Positions 37,237 through 47,727 of a DNA stretch of 64,000 nt are shown here, in pieces. The stretch is from an uncultured Poribacteria bacterium. Lineage in GTDB: Bacteria > Poribacteria > WGA-4E > WGA-3G. The DNA lies in NCBI GenBank assembly GCA_958296135.2, contig CATQHZ020000001.1, positions 2,944,001 to 3,008,000 of the forward strand, read 5' to 3'. A model generated the notes under the pieces. The model had not been told where the DNA came from. It saw only the letters and a list, made by a program, of their open reading frames with translations, and did not search any database. Each line of letters starts with the position of its first letter. The first letter of the stretch is position 1. The position numbers and the translations under genes were made by a program.

Positions 37237-40200
37237 ATGTCAAACGATAATTCAGGAATTCGGGACAACCAGAGGCGCGGCACAGTCGCCAACTTTCTCC
37301 AGCAGGAAATCGAGGCTGGTTCGTCGCTTTCCATCGTATCGGCGTATTTCACGATTTACGCATTTGAGCGGTTGAAACATACCCTGAGCGACATCAGTGA
37401 ACTTCGGTTTCTGTTCGGTGAGCCGAATTTTATCAAAAGTCTTGACCCGAGCCTTGAGGGGAAAAAAGCGTTCGCGCTTACGGACGAAGGCTTGCAACTG
37501 CGTCAGCAATTCCGCCAGAAGCAGGTCGCGAGGGACTGTGCCGAGTGGATAAAAGAGAAGGTGCAAATCCGTTCAACTCGGGAATCAAATTTTCTCCACG
37601 GGAAAATGTATCACATCGCCACGGGCGGCATAGAAAAGGCGATTCTCGGCAGTTCCAATTTCACTGTGCGCGGACTTGGGCTGGGTAAGAGAGGAAATAA
37701 CGTTGAGCTCAATCTGGTGGTATCCGATGACCGGGACCGGAAGGCTCTGAAAGCGTGGTTCGATGAGATTTGGAACGACGAAAAACGGGTTGAAGACGTA
37801 AAAGAAGCAGTGCTTGCCGCGCTGAACAAAATTGGGAAGGACCACGGCCCAGATTTCATCTATTTCAAGACGCTCTATGAACTTTTCCGGGGCGAGATAG
37901 AGTCGAGAAGGGACAATGAGCGGCAGCTTGAAGACACGCACCTGTATGATACCCGCATTTGGGATGCGTTGTATGAGTTCCAGAAAGAAGGCACGAAAAG
38001 CGTCATTGCGCGGCTGTTGCGGCACAACGGCTGTATTCTCGCCGACAGCGTTGGGCTCGGGAAAACCTACACAGCGTTGGCGGTTATCAAGTTTTTTGAA
38101 TTGCGAAACGAACGCGTGCTTGTGCTGTGTCCAAAGAAGTTGCGCGAAAACTGGTCCCTCTATCTTGCGCATACCGCGCAGGCGAACAACCCTTTCCTTG
38201 ATGACAAGTTCGGTTATGCGCTGCTCTCGCATACCGATCTCTCTCGTTACAGCGGCACATCTGGTGATGTTTCGTTGGAAGGCTTCAATTGGGGCAATTT
38301 CGATCTGGTAGTCATCGACGAGTCGCATAATTTCCGGAACGACACCAACCCTCGCCGTGACGAAGACGGCGCTCTTATCCGCCACAGTCGTTACTCACGG
38401 TTGTTGGAGGAAGTTATCAAGGAAGGCACGCAGACGAAGGTGTTGATGCTCTCGGCTACCCCGGTAAATACCTCCCTGACAGATCTGCGCAATCAGATTT
38501 ACCTGATGACAGAGAAGCGCGAGGATGCTTTTCAAGAGCACTTGGGCGTGGGCGACATGAGGGCCATGCTGGGGCGAGCGCAAAAGGCGTTTAAGAAATG
38601 GGAGGAGAGCCCAAACGAGGATGGCAGCAGAGACAAGTCTGAGTTGTTAGCAACCTTGGGTGCGGATTTCTTCAAGCTGCTCGGCGGCGTTTCTATTGCC
38701 CGTTCTCGGCGGCAGATTGAGAAGTTCTACGCCGACGAAATGCATCGCATTGGCAAGTTCCCGCAAAAGCCTTCACCGGAAAACTGCCACCCGAAAACAG
38801 ATCTGACCGGCGCGCTCTCCTATGAAGCGTTGGCGGAACAGATTGGGAAATTCGCCCTATCCATCTATCGACCCTCCACTTACGTAATCGGCGAGTCTGC
38901 CAAACAGCGGCTAGCAGCCGAGAAACAACGGTTCCGTTTCAACCAGGAAGACCGGGAGCGGTTCCTCATCGGGATGATGCAGACGAACTTTCTAAAGCGG
39001 TTGGAGAGTTCCGCGCGCTCCCTCGCACTGACGCTTGAACGCACCATCAAAAAAATTGATAACATGCTGGAAAAGATTGAGCGGTTTGAACGGAATCAGC
39101 AGGGGCAGAACGCGCGAGCTGACATCCTTCCTGATGACGACGAAGACGATGAGGAGTTCCTCGTCAATCGCGCACGTCATCCGTATCATCTCCGCGAGTT
39201 GGATTGCAACCGTTGGAAGCGTGCTCTTCTCAAGGATAAACGCATCCTGCAGACAGCGTGGGATAAAGTCAGAGCTATCGGAGCGGAACGCGACGGTAAA
39301 CTGAAGGAGCTCCGAGCACATATTCGGGACAAGGTGCAAAACCCGACGAAGGACAAGGACGGCAGGACGAACCGCAAATTGCTGGTGTTCACCACTTTCA
39401 AGGATACAGCCCTCTATCTTTACGAAAATTTGGAGGCACTTGGTGCGGAATTAGGCGTGCAGATGGCATTCGTCTCGGGGGATGCGACGCGCACCACCTG
39501 CGGCGAAAACAACTTCAACGCTATTTTGACGAATTTCGCTCCACGGGCGCGAGGCAGGAGCAGTGATAGCCCCTCCGGCGAGATTGAGTTGCTCATCGCT
39601 ACAGACTGTATCTCCGAAGGGCAAAACCTGCAGGATTGCGACACGGTGGTGAACTACGATATTCATTGGAATCCGGTGCGTATCATCCAACGTTTCGGCC
39701 GGATTGACCGGATTGGCAGCCGTAACAAGGCGGTGCGGATGATAAACTACTGGCCCACCGAAGACATGGAGGTCTACTTGCGGTTGCAGAGTCGCGTTGA
39801 ATCGCGTATGGCTCTCGCCGATATGGCGGCGAGTGGTGACGATGACCCGCTGAACGAATTCACTTATGAACATGCCCAGATGGAGTTGAATTTCCGGGAC
39901 GAGCAATTGAAGCAGCTGCGCGAAGATGTCTTGGACTTGGACGCGCTCTCCGATGGGGTTGTCCTCAGCGATTTCACGCTTGACTATTTCTTCACCCAGT
40001 TGCTGCAGTATCTTGAAAAGAATAGGGCAGAATTAGAATCAACACCGAACGGCGCGTATGCCATCACCGACAACGGGATTCATCCGACAGAAACGGGTGT
40101 CATCTTTTTGCTGCGGCAGCGCAACGCCGACACGAGTGATAAACAGCGCAAAACGGCGAGTCCGATTTATCCGTATTACGCGGTGTATATCCGCGATAAC

Positions 40201-40518
40201 GGCGACATCCGCTATGGTTGCACTAACACGCAGCAGGTGCTGACTCTGTTTGAATCAGTGGCTGTCGGAAAGACGGAACCGTTGCAAAACCTGTGTCTCC
40301 AATTTGAGCAGGAGACTCGGAACGGCCAAGACATGGCGCGTTATGAAAAGTTGTTGGACGCGGTTATTGCGCATATCGGCAAGGCGCATACGACGACGCA
40401 GACGCAACATCTGGGTATTGACGGCACGCGAGGTTTCAAGTTAACGCCGAGTACCGAGGTTCCCAGAGGCACCGACGATTTTGAGTTGGTGACGTGGTTG
40501 GTTATCACGCCCTCATAG
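37237..40518 (+). CDS. PLD-nuclease domain + SNF2-like SF2 helicase (restriction-associated)
   Basis: HGKMY...GSSNFT (PLD); ADSVGLGKT, DESH, SATP, SEGQNLQ, QRFGRIDR helicase motifs. Confidence 0.92.
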   Translation: MSNDNSGIRDNQRRGTVANFLQQEIEAGSSLSIVSAYFTIYAFERLKHTLSDISELRFLFGEPNFIKSLDPSLEGKKAFALTDEGLQLRQQFRQKQVARDCAEWIKEKVQIRSTRESNFLHGKMYHIATGGIEKAILGSSNFTVRGLGLGKRGNNVELNLVVSDDRDRKALKAWFDEIWNDEKRVEDVKEAVLAALNKIGKDHGPDFIYFKTLYELFRGEIESRRDNERQLEDTHLYDTRIWDALYEFQKEGTKSVIARLLRHNGCILADSVGLGKTYTALAVIKFFELRNERVLVLCPKKLRENWSLYLAHTAQANNPFLDDKFGYALLSHTDLSRYSGTSGDVSLEGFNWGNFDLVVIDESHNFRNDTNPRRDEDGALIRHSRYSRLLEEVIKEGTQTKVLMLSATPVNTSLTDLRNQIYLMTEKREDAFQEHLGVGDMRAMLGRAQKAFKKWEESPNEDGSRDKSELLATLGADFFKLLGGVSIARSRRQIEKFYADEMHRIGKFPQKPSPENCHPKTDLTGALSYEALAEQIGKFALSIYRPSTYVIGESAKQRLAAEKQRFRFNQEDRERFLIGMMQTNFLKRLESSARSLALTLERTIKKIDNMLEKIERFERNQQGQNARADILPDDDEDDEEFLVNRARHPYHLRELDCNRWKRALLKDKRILQTAWDKVRAIGAERDGKLKELRAHIRDKVQNPTKDKDGRTNRKLLVFTTFKDTALYLYENLEALGAELGVQMAFVSGDATRTTCGENNFNAILTNFAPRARGRSSDSPSGEIELLIATDCISEGQNLQDCDTVVNYDIHWNPVRIIQRFGRIDRIGSRNKAVRMINYWPTEDMEVYLRLQSRVESRMALADMAASGDDDPLNEFTYEHAQMELNFRDEQLKQLREDVLDLDALSDGVVLSDFTLDYFFTQLLQYLEKNRAELESTPNGAYAITDNGIHPTETGVIFLLRQRNADTSDKQRKTASPIYPYYAVYIRDNGDIRYGCTNTQQVLTLFESVAVGKTEPLQNLCLQFEQETRNGQDMARYEKLLDAVIAHIGKAHTTTQTQHLGIDGTRGFKLTPSTEVPRGTDDFELVTWLVITPS

Positions 40519-40673
40519 GACTTCCGCCGAGCAAGCCTTGTAGGCGCGTATTTCTATATCCGCCCGTGGCCGGCCATTTTGGTGCCAAGAAAACGCCGCC
40601 CAGTAGGAGAGCCCTCCCAGTCTCAATATCGCGTGCATTGGGTAAAAGAGCCCTCTTTGGCGAGAATACAGAC

Positions 40674-41879
40674 ATGAAAGACTCAACCTTTATCACCAGA
40701 GTTATCCTCAAAAACTATAAGAGCATTGCGGCGTGCGATGTGCGGCTGGGGCCGCTGATGTTCCTTGTCGGCCCGAACGGCGCGGGCAAGAGCAATTTTC
40801 TGGATGCGCTGCGCTTTGTGGCCGACGCTTTGAATTCATCGTTGGACCACGCTTTGCGTTCTCGAGGCGGCATCAACGATGTTCGCCGCCGCTCCCGTGG
40901 ACATCCGAACCACTTCAGCATTCGGCTGGAGTTCACTTTGCCAGAAGGGGTTACTGGACACTACGCCTTCCGCATCGGTTCTCGTCCACGTAGGGGATAC
41001 GAAGTTCTCACCGAAGAGTGTAGCCTTCGGGAGAAATTTTTCGCGCCAAGGGAATACTTCAGTGTTGTGAATGGCGAGGTTGAAACAAGCGTGGAGGTGG
41101 CTCCGGCGGCTTCAAAAGATCGACTCTATTTGGTAAACGCTTCCGGGCTCCCCGAATTTCGCGCGGTTTACGATGCGTTTTCTCGGATGGGATTTTACAA
41201 TCTCAACCCCGATAAAATCCGAGAGCTCCAAGACCCAGATCCGGGTGTACTGCTCATTCGTGATGGGAGCAACCTTGCGAGTGTCCTCGCTCAGCTTTCA
41301 CCTCCGGTGAAACGACGCATCGAGGAATATCTGGCGAACGTTGTTCCCGGTGTGCAAGGGGTAGAGGTTAAAGAAATTAGACCCAAGGAGACATTGGAGT
41401 TCAGGCAGGATGTCGCCGGTGACAAGTACCCGTGGCGATTTCTGGCAAACAATATGTCCGATGGCACGCTCCGGGTGCTAGGGATTCTCGTAGCACTGTT
41501 CCAGGAGAATCAAGAGACACAAAAGCACGTATTACTCATCGGAATTGAGGAACCAGAAATCGCGCTGCATCCGGCAGCAGCAGGCGTGCTGCTTGATGGA
41601 CTTCGGCAAGCCGCCAACAAGACTCAGGTGCTCATCACCAGCCATAGTCCGGATCTGCTTGATAACAAGGACTTGGATGTAGAGTCAATTCTTGCAGCTG
41701 AAGCGCGCGATGGGAATACGGCAATAGGCCCTGTGGACGAAGTCGGCAGATCTGTGGTGCGAGACCGGCTGTTCACAGTTGGGGAGCTTCTCAGCATCAA
41801 CCAATTGCAACCAGATCTGGCGCATGTCTATCCGACTGCAAAAGTGAGACAACTCGGTCTGTTTGAAGACGAAAAATAA
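40674..41879 (+). CDS. ABC/AAA_21-type ATPase
   Basis: LKNYKSI, GPNGAGKSN, MSDGT signature, IEEPE..LHP, ITSHSP. Confidence 0.92.
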   Translation: MKDSTFITRVILKNYKSIAACDVRLGPLMFLVGPNGAGKSNFLDALRFVADALNSSLDHALRSRGGINDVRRRSRGHPNHFSIRLEFTLPEGVTGHYAFRIGSRPRRGYEVLTEECSLREKFFAPREYFSVVNGEVETSVEVAPAASKDRLYLVNASGLPEFRAVYDAFSRMGFYNLNPDKIRELQDPDPGVLLIRDGSNLASVLAQLSPPVKRRIEEYLANVVPGVQGVEVKEIRPKETLEFRQDVAGDKYPWRFLANNMSDGTLRVLGILVALFQENQETQKHVLLIGIEEPEIALHPAAAGVLLDGLRQAANKTQVLITSHSPDLLDNKDLDVESILAAEARDGNTAIGPVDEVGRSVVRDRLFTVGELLSINQLQPDLAHVYPTAKVRQLGLFEDEK

Positions 41880-41892
41880 TGGAAAAACCCAG

Positions 41893-42492
41893 ATGCCAGT
41901 CAAAATCGGTTGCATTGTTGAAGGGCATGGCGACGTGGAGGCAGTCCCAATCCTTATTCGGCGTGTCGCGACAAACCTTTACCCAGAACTGACGATTAGC
42001 ACGTATCCCACGCGTGTTCCTAGGACTAAACTTGTTAAAGTCGACAGCCTTGAGAGGACTATCGAATTAACGGTTCGGAGGATTGGTAAGCAAGGTGCTA
42101 TATTTATCATCTTGGATAGCGACGATGACTGTCCAGCGGAACTGGGGCCAGAGTTGCTCCAGCAAGTGGTAAAAATTCGGAGCGACTTGCCGATCTCTGT
42201 TGTGCTCGCGAAATGTGAGTTTGAAGCGTGGTTTCTCGCTGCAGCCGAGTCGCTGCGCGGACAGAGAGGGCTAAAAAACGATCTTCAGTCCCCGAGCAAT
42301 CCAGAGGGAATCCGTGACGCAAAGGGATGGCTGAGCAGACAGATGGAAGACAACAGAACGTATGATGAAAGAAACGACCAGCCGGCCTTCGCAGCGCGTT
42401 TTGATTTTGAACAAGCGCGAAACGCCGATTCGTTTGACAAATGCTACCGGGACATCGTTCGGCTCCTCTGCGAGTTGCAAGACAACCAATAA
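41893..42492 (+). CDS. DUF4276 family protein (TOPRIM-like)
   Basis: IVEGHGD, LDSDDDCP, EFEAWFLA motifs; directly follows the ATPase. Confidence 0.8.
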   Translation: MPVKIGCIVEGHGDVEAVPILIRRVATNLYPELTISTYPTRVPRTKLVKVDSLERTIELTVRRIGKQGAIFIILDSDDDCPAELGPELLQQVVKIRSDLPISVVLAKCEFEAWFLAAAESLRGQRGLKNDLQSPSNPEGIRDAKGWLSRQMEDNRTYDERNDQPAFAARFDFEQARNADSFDKCYRDIVRLLCELQDNQ

Positions 42493-42507
42493 ACGGGAAC
42501 AACGCGC

Positions 42508-45500
42508 GTGAACATTGAACACATCAAATCCGCTTTGGCGGCAATATCTACCGGCGATTTCCTCGAAACATCAACAGCACTGCTCGCAGCTTTGGGATAC
42601 CGTAGCGAACTGACTCTCGAACTGTCGGGGACGATGGCGGACTTCTTGCATGCATTTCCTGCACCGAACCCAAACACGCGAACCGAGCAGGCATTCCAAA
42701 ATGCTGTTGACTCAGCGCGGCTCATCTTCCAATTTACTCCGGATGAAATCGCTAGCAGCACGCAGCAGACGCTCGATTTCCTCCAAGAGGGATACGCGGA
42801 CAGTTTTCTTTTCTTCGCTGTTGAACTGAAACAGGACAACTATCCGCGAAGCAAATACGCCGAATTCACGCGGGAAATCAACAAACGCCTCCTCGCGCCT
42901 ACCATCGTGCTCTTCCACGCAGGAAACCATCTGACGATAGGGTTTGCCGGCCGCCGGCCACACCACTATGACGCGAACCGAGACGTGTTGGAGAAAGTGA
43001 CGCTCATCAAAGACATTCGGTTGGAGAAACCGCATCGGGCGCACCTTGATATCTTGGCAAACCTCTCGCTGACAGCATGCGTCAACTGGATAGCGGACAA
43101 CAATCAACCGAAAAATTTTGACGGCTTACTCGCGGCATGGCTCGCTAAATTGGATACGGAAGAACTCAACAAGGCGTTTTACCGGAGGTTGTTCAACTGG
43201 TTTGAATGGGCTGTTGAAGAAGCCACATTCCCGACGAACGAGACGGTGACGTTAACGCCGCAAGAACATGTCATTCGCCTCATCACGCGCCTGCTATTCG
43301 TATGGTTCCTCAAGGAAAAGGGGTGGATTGCGGACGCGCTGTTTCATAAGACGCAGATTGGCCCCCTCCTGAACGATACCGATGACTCCTATTATCGCGC
43401 CGTGCTCCAAAATCTGTTCTTCGCCACACTGAATACCGCGATAGACACGCGCGGGTTTAGCAAGGGCACCCACGCCGAGCATCGCAATTTCTCACGTTAT
43501 CGCTACGCAAACGAAATTCGCGACCGCGAGAAACTGTTGGCTCTCTTCGCGCAAACACCTTTTATCAACGGCGGCCTGTTTGAATGCTTGGATAGTGAGA
43601 AAGGAACAAACGAAGGCGGCTACCGCATCGATTGCTTCTCCGATGTCCACTTCCACAAGGTGTCTATTCCCAACCGCCTCTTTTTTGACGCGCAGCGCGG
43701 GCTGTTTCCGCTGTTGAAGCACTACAAATTCACCGTTGAGGAGAATACGCCGATAGAACAGGAAGTCGCGCTGGACCCGGAGCTCCTCGGCAAGGTGTTT
43801 GAAAACCTCTTGGCGGCCTACAATCCAGAGACCGGCGCGACGGCGCGCAAGCAGACCGGCTCTTTCTACACCCCGCGCGAAATTGTGGATTACATGGTAG
43901 ACGAAGCACTCGTGGCCGTCTTCACGCAAAAATGCACGCCGACCGGGGGCGAGCCGAAGTCGTGGGACAAGCGGCTGCGCGACTTGCTGGACTATGCGCA
44001 GACTGATGCAAACGAATCGTTTGATGCAGAAGAAACCGATAGCCTTGTGCGAACCATCTCCGAACTCAAAATCCTCGACCCGGGTGTCGGCTCCGGTGCG
44101 TTTCCGATGGGTATGCTGCATAAACTCACCCTCGTGCTGCGGCGGCTGGATGCCGATAACAGCCGCTGGGAGAGATTGCAGAAGGAACGCGCACAACAAC
44201 GCGCAGCCGCCGCCTTTGATACCACAGATGACGACACGCGGCGTGAAGAACTACTTGAAATTGACAAGACCTTCAAGCGTTACCGCGATTCCGATTTCGG
44301 CAGGAAGTTGTATCTCATCCAGAACTGCATCTACGGCGTGGACATCCAACCCGTGGCGTGCCAGATTGCGAAACTCCGCTTTTTCATCTCGCTTGCCATT
44401 GAGCAAGAGCCGGATAGCGAAGCGGAGAACTTCGGCATCCGTCCTTTGCCGAATCTGGAGACGCGCTTCCTCGCGGCGAATACGCTGCTCGGATTGACAG
44501 GCGAATTGATGCTCACGAGCGAGGCCACCCGAGACTTAGAACGAAAACTGCGCGACAACCGAGAGCGGCATTTTCATGCAACGACGCGCAAACAAAAACG
44601 CGCGTGCAAGGAACAGGACGAAGCGTTACGCGCGGCGTTATCTGCGGAATTAGAGACGATAGGGATGCCCGCTGAGGATGCCGAGAAAATCGCCCACTGG
44701 CATCCTTATGCTCAGAACACCACCGCCGATTGGTTTGATGCGGAACGGATGTTCGGAATTCGGGAGGGGTTTGACATCGTCATCGGTAACCCGCCGTATG
44801 TCCAGTTGCAGAAAAACGGCGGCGCACTCGGCAGGTTCTATCAAAATGCTGGTTTTGAGACCTTCGCACGCACCGGCGACATTTACTGCCTCTTCTACGA
44901 ACGCGGCATCCGCCTCCTCGCCAGCGATGGGCATCTCTGCTACATCACCAGCAACAAATGGATGCGCGCCGGTTACGGAAAAGCGTTACGGCACTTCTTC
45001 GTGGAGAACGTCCACCCGATAAAGTTGTTGGACCTCGGGCCCGACATTTTCGATGCCACCGTGGATACCAACATCCTCCTCTGCAGCAGGACCCGCACTT
45101 CCCCCGTAGCGCGAGGGGTAGCGCGAGGGCCTGTCTCTCGCGGTGCAGCCACTCCCACTGTACCCGTAGCGCGAGGGCCTGTCCCTCGCGGTGCAGCTAC
45201 CCCCACTGTACCCGTAGCGCGAGGGCCTGTCCCTCGCGAGGCTATCGCCTGCACCGTCAACGAAAAATATAAACACACCGCAACCACCCTCGCCGCATAC
45301 ACGGCAGAAAACGGAGTCCATTTCCCGCTGCCAGAGCCGGGCGCGCAATGGGTTATCCTATCGGACATTGAGCGTCAGATTCATGCGAAAATTGAGGCAG
45401 TCGGCACGCCGCTTAAGGACTGGGATATTTCCATCTATCGGGGAATCGTCACCGGTTACAACACCGCTTTTCTCATTGACGACGAGACGAAGGAAGCATT

Positions 45501-46170
45501 AGTAAAGGCAGACCCCAAGTCGGCAGAGATTATCAAACCTGTTTTGCGCGGCAGGGATGTTAATCGGTATCACGCGAAGTGGGCAAACCTGTGGCGGATC
45601 GACACGCATAACGGGTATGGCGATGTGCCGGCAATTGACGTGAACAATTACCGAGCCGTTAAAGCACATCTGGATGCGTTCTATCCGCGACTTGAAAAGC
45701 GTCACAACAAAGGAAACACGCCCTATAACCTTTGCAATTGCGTTTACCACGCAGAATTTGCAAAGCCGAAGGTTATTTATCCCGAAACGACGCATGCCGC
45801 CAACTTTTTCTACGACGATGGGAAATATTTCATCGAGAAAACCTGTTTCATGATAACGGGGCGCGATTTGAAAATCTTGGTAGGGTTGCTAAGTTCCACC
45901 TTGCTGACGTTCGCTTACAAGCGATTTTATAGTGGCACCGTCCTCGGCAAGAAGGGGTATCAGTATAACAAGCATTCGCTGGAGAGGCTGCCTGTCGTGC
46001 AGATTCCTGTGGCGGAGCAAGCGTCTTTTATCGCTTTGGTGGATGCGATTCTTGCTGCCAAAGCTGCGGATTCGGGTGCGGAGACGGCGGATTTGGAGAA
46101 AAAGCTTGACGAACGAATCTATGCATGGTATAATTTAACACAAGATGAGATTTCTGTTGTGGAGGGGTAA
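42508..46170 (+). CDS. Eco57I/type IIG-like restriction-modification methyltransferase with TaqI_C-like TRD
   Basis: GSFYTP, LDPGVGSGAF, YGVDI, IGNPPY, YITSNKW motifs; in-frame REP insertion at 45103-45240. Confidence 0.92.
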   Translation: MNIEHIKSALAAISTGDFLETSTALLAALGYRSELTLELSGTMADFLHAFPAPNPNTRTEQAFQNAVDSARLIFQFTPDEIASSTQQTLDFLQEGYADSFLFFAVELKQDNYPRSKYAEFTREINKRLLAPTIVLFHAGNHLTIGFAGRRPHHYDANRDVLEKVTLIKDIRLEKPHRAHLDILANLSLTACVNWIADNNQPKNFDGLLAAWLAKLDTEELNKAFYRRLFNWFEWAVEEATFPTNETVTLTPQEHVIRLITRLLFVWFLKEKGWIADALFHKTQIGPLLNDTDDSYYRAVLQNLFFATLNTAIDTRGFSKGTHAEHRNFSRYRYANEIRDREKLLALFAQTPFINGGLFECLDSEKGTNEGGYRIDCFSDVHFHKVSIPNRLFFDAQRGLFPLLKHYKFTVEENTPIEQEVALDPELLGKVFENLLAAYNPETGATARKQTGSFYTPREIVDYMVDEALVAVFTQKCTPTGGEPKSWDKRLRDLLDYAQTDANESFDAEETDSLVRTISELKILDPGVGSGAFPMGMLHKLTLVLRRLDADNSRWERLQKERAQQRAAAAFDTTDDDTRREELLEIDKTFKRYRDSDFGRKLYLIQNCIYGVDIQPVACQIAKLRFFISLAIEQEPDSEAENFGIRPLPNLETRFLAANTLLGLTGELMLTSEATRDLERKLRDNRERHFHATTRKQKRACKEQDEALRAALSAELETIGMPAEDAEKIAHWHPYAQNTTADWFDAERMFGIREGFDIVIGNPPYVQLQKNGGALGRFYQNAGFETFARTGDIYCLFYERGIRLLASDGHLCYITSNKWMRAGYGKALRHFFVENVHPIKLLDLGPDIFDATVDTNILLCSRTRTSPVARGVARGPVSRGAATPTVPVARGPVPRGAATPTVPVARGPVPREAIACTVNEKYKHTATTLAAYTAENGVHFPLPEPGAQWVILSDIERQIHAKIEAVGTPLKDWDISIYRGIVTGYNTAFLIDDETKEALVKADPKSAEIIKPVLRGRDVNRYHAKWANLWRIDTHNGYGDVPAIDVNNYRAVKAHLDAFYPRLEKRHNKGNTPYNLCNCVYHAEFAKPKVIYPETTHAANFFYDDGKYFIEKTCFMITGRDLKILVGLLSSTLLTFAYKRFYSGTVLGKKGYQYNKHSLERLPVVQIPVAEQASFIALVDAILAAKAADSGAETADLEKKLDERIYAWYNLTQDEISVVEG
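45103..45240 (+). repeat. In-frame 48-bp REP tandem repeat within the MTase
   Basis: cccgtagcgcgagggcctgtccctcgcg...; encodes PVARGPVPRGAATPTV, about 3 copies. Confidence 0.9.
46013..46165 (+). repeat. 153-bp direct repeat, copy 1 (MTase 3' end)
   Basis: Near-identical to 47568-47720. Confidence 0.92.
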
Positions 46171-46336
46171 TTTTTCTCAAGTAAACGGAAAGTTCGCTAT
46201 AATCATGAAAAACCGCTCTAGCTGCCAAGCGGGCGGATTTTGATGCGGATAGGTCCGCGCTTGAAGCCGCTCTGGATCGAGAGGTTGTCCGCGCTTTACG
46301 GAATTTTGAATGGATAACTTTTTGTAGTAAATTTTC

Positions 46337-46366
46337 TTGACATCCATTCGCTGGATATGTTATAAT
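46337..46366 (+). promoter_or_regulatory. Consensus sigma70 promoter for the TIR-TPR gene
   Basis: TTGACA-N18-TATAAT with extended TG. Confidence 0.7.
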
Positions 46367-46460
46367 AAAAAATCAGGGGAGTCACCCGCTATCGTCAGGA
46401 GGCTGATTTCCCTTATTTTGAAGCATCGCGTTGCTTCGTTCTATTCGGTGCTGAGAGGAG

Positions 46461-47231
46461 GTGAGAAGAGTGAACAGAGTTTTTATTTCTTATGTTCGTC
46501 AAAATAGGGAAAAAGTAGACCGGCTGTGCCAAGAACTTGGAGAATACGACATTCAAGTTTGGCTGGACCGGAATGAAATTAGGCCGGGTGCCCGATGGAA
46601 GGTGGAAATTCGGCGGGCTATTCGCGACGGGGCTTTCTTTATCGCGTGTTTCTCGAGGGAATATGAGATTCGCGCTAGGACGTACATGAACGAGGAACTC
46701 AGGGTTGCAATTGGGGAACTTCGTCAGTTTAACTCGGAACGAATATGGTTTATACCGGTTAAATTGAACGAATGCGAAATTCCTGATCTTGAGATTGGTC
46801 CAAACGAAACGCTCCGAGACGACATCCAGTCTGTCTCACTCTATGAAGACTGGGCCGATGGTATTCGACGCATCCTTGAGGTCATTCCGCCTGGATTATC
46901 CGATCCTGTTATAGGTGAAGAAATAAGACGTGATGATTTTGTTGCCTATAACAATCGCGGCTTGAATTACCTCAATAGAGGAGAGTATGACAGGGCCGTT
47001 GAACTTTTAAGCACGGCCATACAACTCAATCCCGATTATGTTCTAGCTCATAACAACCTCGGTCACGTTTATCTACGGATAGGAGAGTATGACAGGGCCA
47101 TTGCAAGCTATAGGAGGGCACTAGAGTTGAGGCCTGGTGATGCCAAAACTTCTCTCTACCTCAGGAACGTTTCCCACTTGAAGGAGGCAGGCCTTTATCC
47201 AGAGGATGTAGGTAATCCAAGGAACATATAG
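46461..47231 (+). CDS. TIR domain + TPR protein
   Basis: VFISY, VWLD..I.PG..W..EI..AI, YMNEEL; two C-terminal TPRs (AYNNRG, AHNNLG). Confidence 0.9.
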   Translation: MRRVNRVFISYVRQNREKVDRLCQELGEYDIQVWLDRNEIRPGARWKVEIRRAIRDGAFFIACFSREYEIRARTYMNEELRVAIGELRQFNSERIWFIPVKLNECEIPDLEIGPNETLRDDIQSVSLYEDWADGIRRILEVIPPGLSDPVIGEEIRRDDFVAYNNRGLNYLNRGEYDRAVELLSTAIQLNPDYVLAHNNLGHVYLRIGEYDRAIASYRRALELRPGDAKTSLYLRNVSHLKEAGLYPEDVGNPRNI

Positions 47232-47567
47232 GCCTCTGTCATCAACCACGGGCATTGTGTTTCGGGTGCACCGTTCGGACTTCTTTCGTTTTCAGCGAAG
47301 AGCAACATCCGAAAAGGCACCCCCTCTTCAGGTCCGTTAGGTCCTTAAGGTATCCTGACTCCCTCCGCTGTCTGCCGTTCCCTCTGACGTGAAAGCGTCA
47401 CACCTCTGTAGTGCAAGATCTCCCGTTCTTGACCTGTTCGGGCTCAGGCGATCCTGCCCTACAGAAGTTAATTGGGAATAACGCCTCTGTATCCCGATAG
47501 GCTGCGATGCGCCCAAACCGCTATCATCCTGAAAATCCTATAATCTTGTCCATCCTGATTCAGACAC

Positions 47568-47720
47568 CGGAGCAAGCGTCTTTTATCGCTTTGGTGGATG
47601 CGATTCTTGCTGCCAAAGCTGCGGATTCGGGTGCGGAGACCGCGGATTTGGAGGAAAAACTTGACGAACGAGTCTATGCGTGGTATAATTTAACGCAAGA
47701 TGAGATTTCTGTTGTGGAGG
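47568..47720 (+). pseudogene. 153-bp direct repeat, copy 2: orphan MTase C-terminal fragment
   Basis: Encodes EQASFIALVDAILAAK...YNLTQDEISVVE, as in the MTase C-terminus. Confidence 0.88.
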
Positions 47721-47727
47721 AGGAAAA

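Noticed and set aside
37237-46170. DISARM or BREX
   Set aside because: No DrmB/DUF1998, PglZ or BrxC-like genes recognised.
46461-47231. Thoeris system
   Set aside because: No ThsA-like SIR2/Macro effector in the window.
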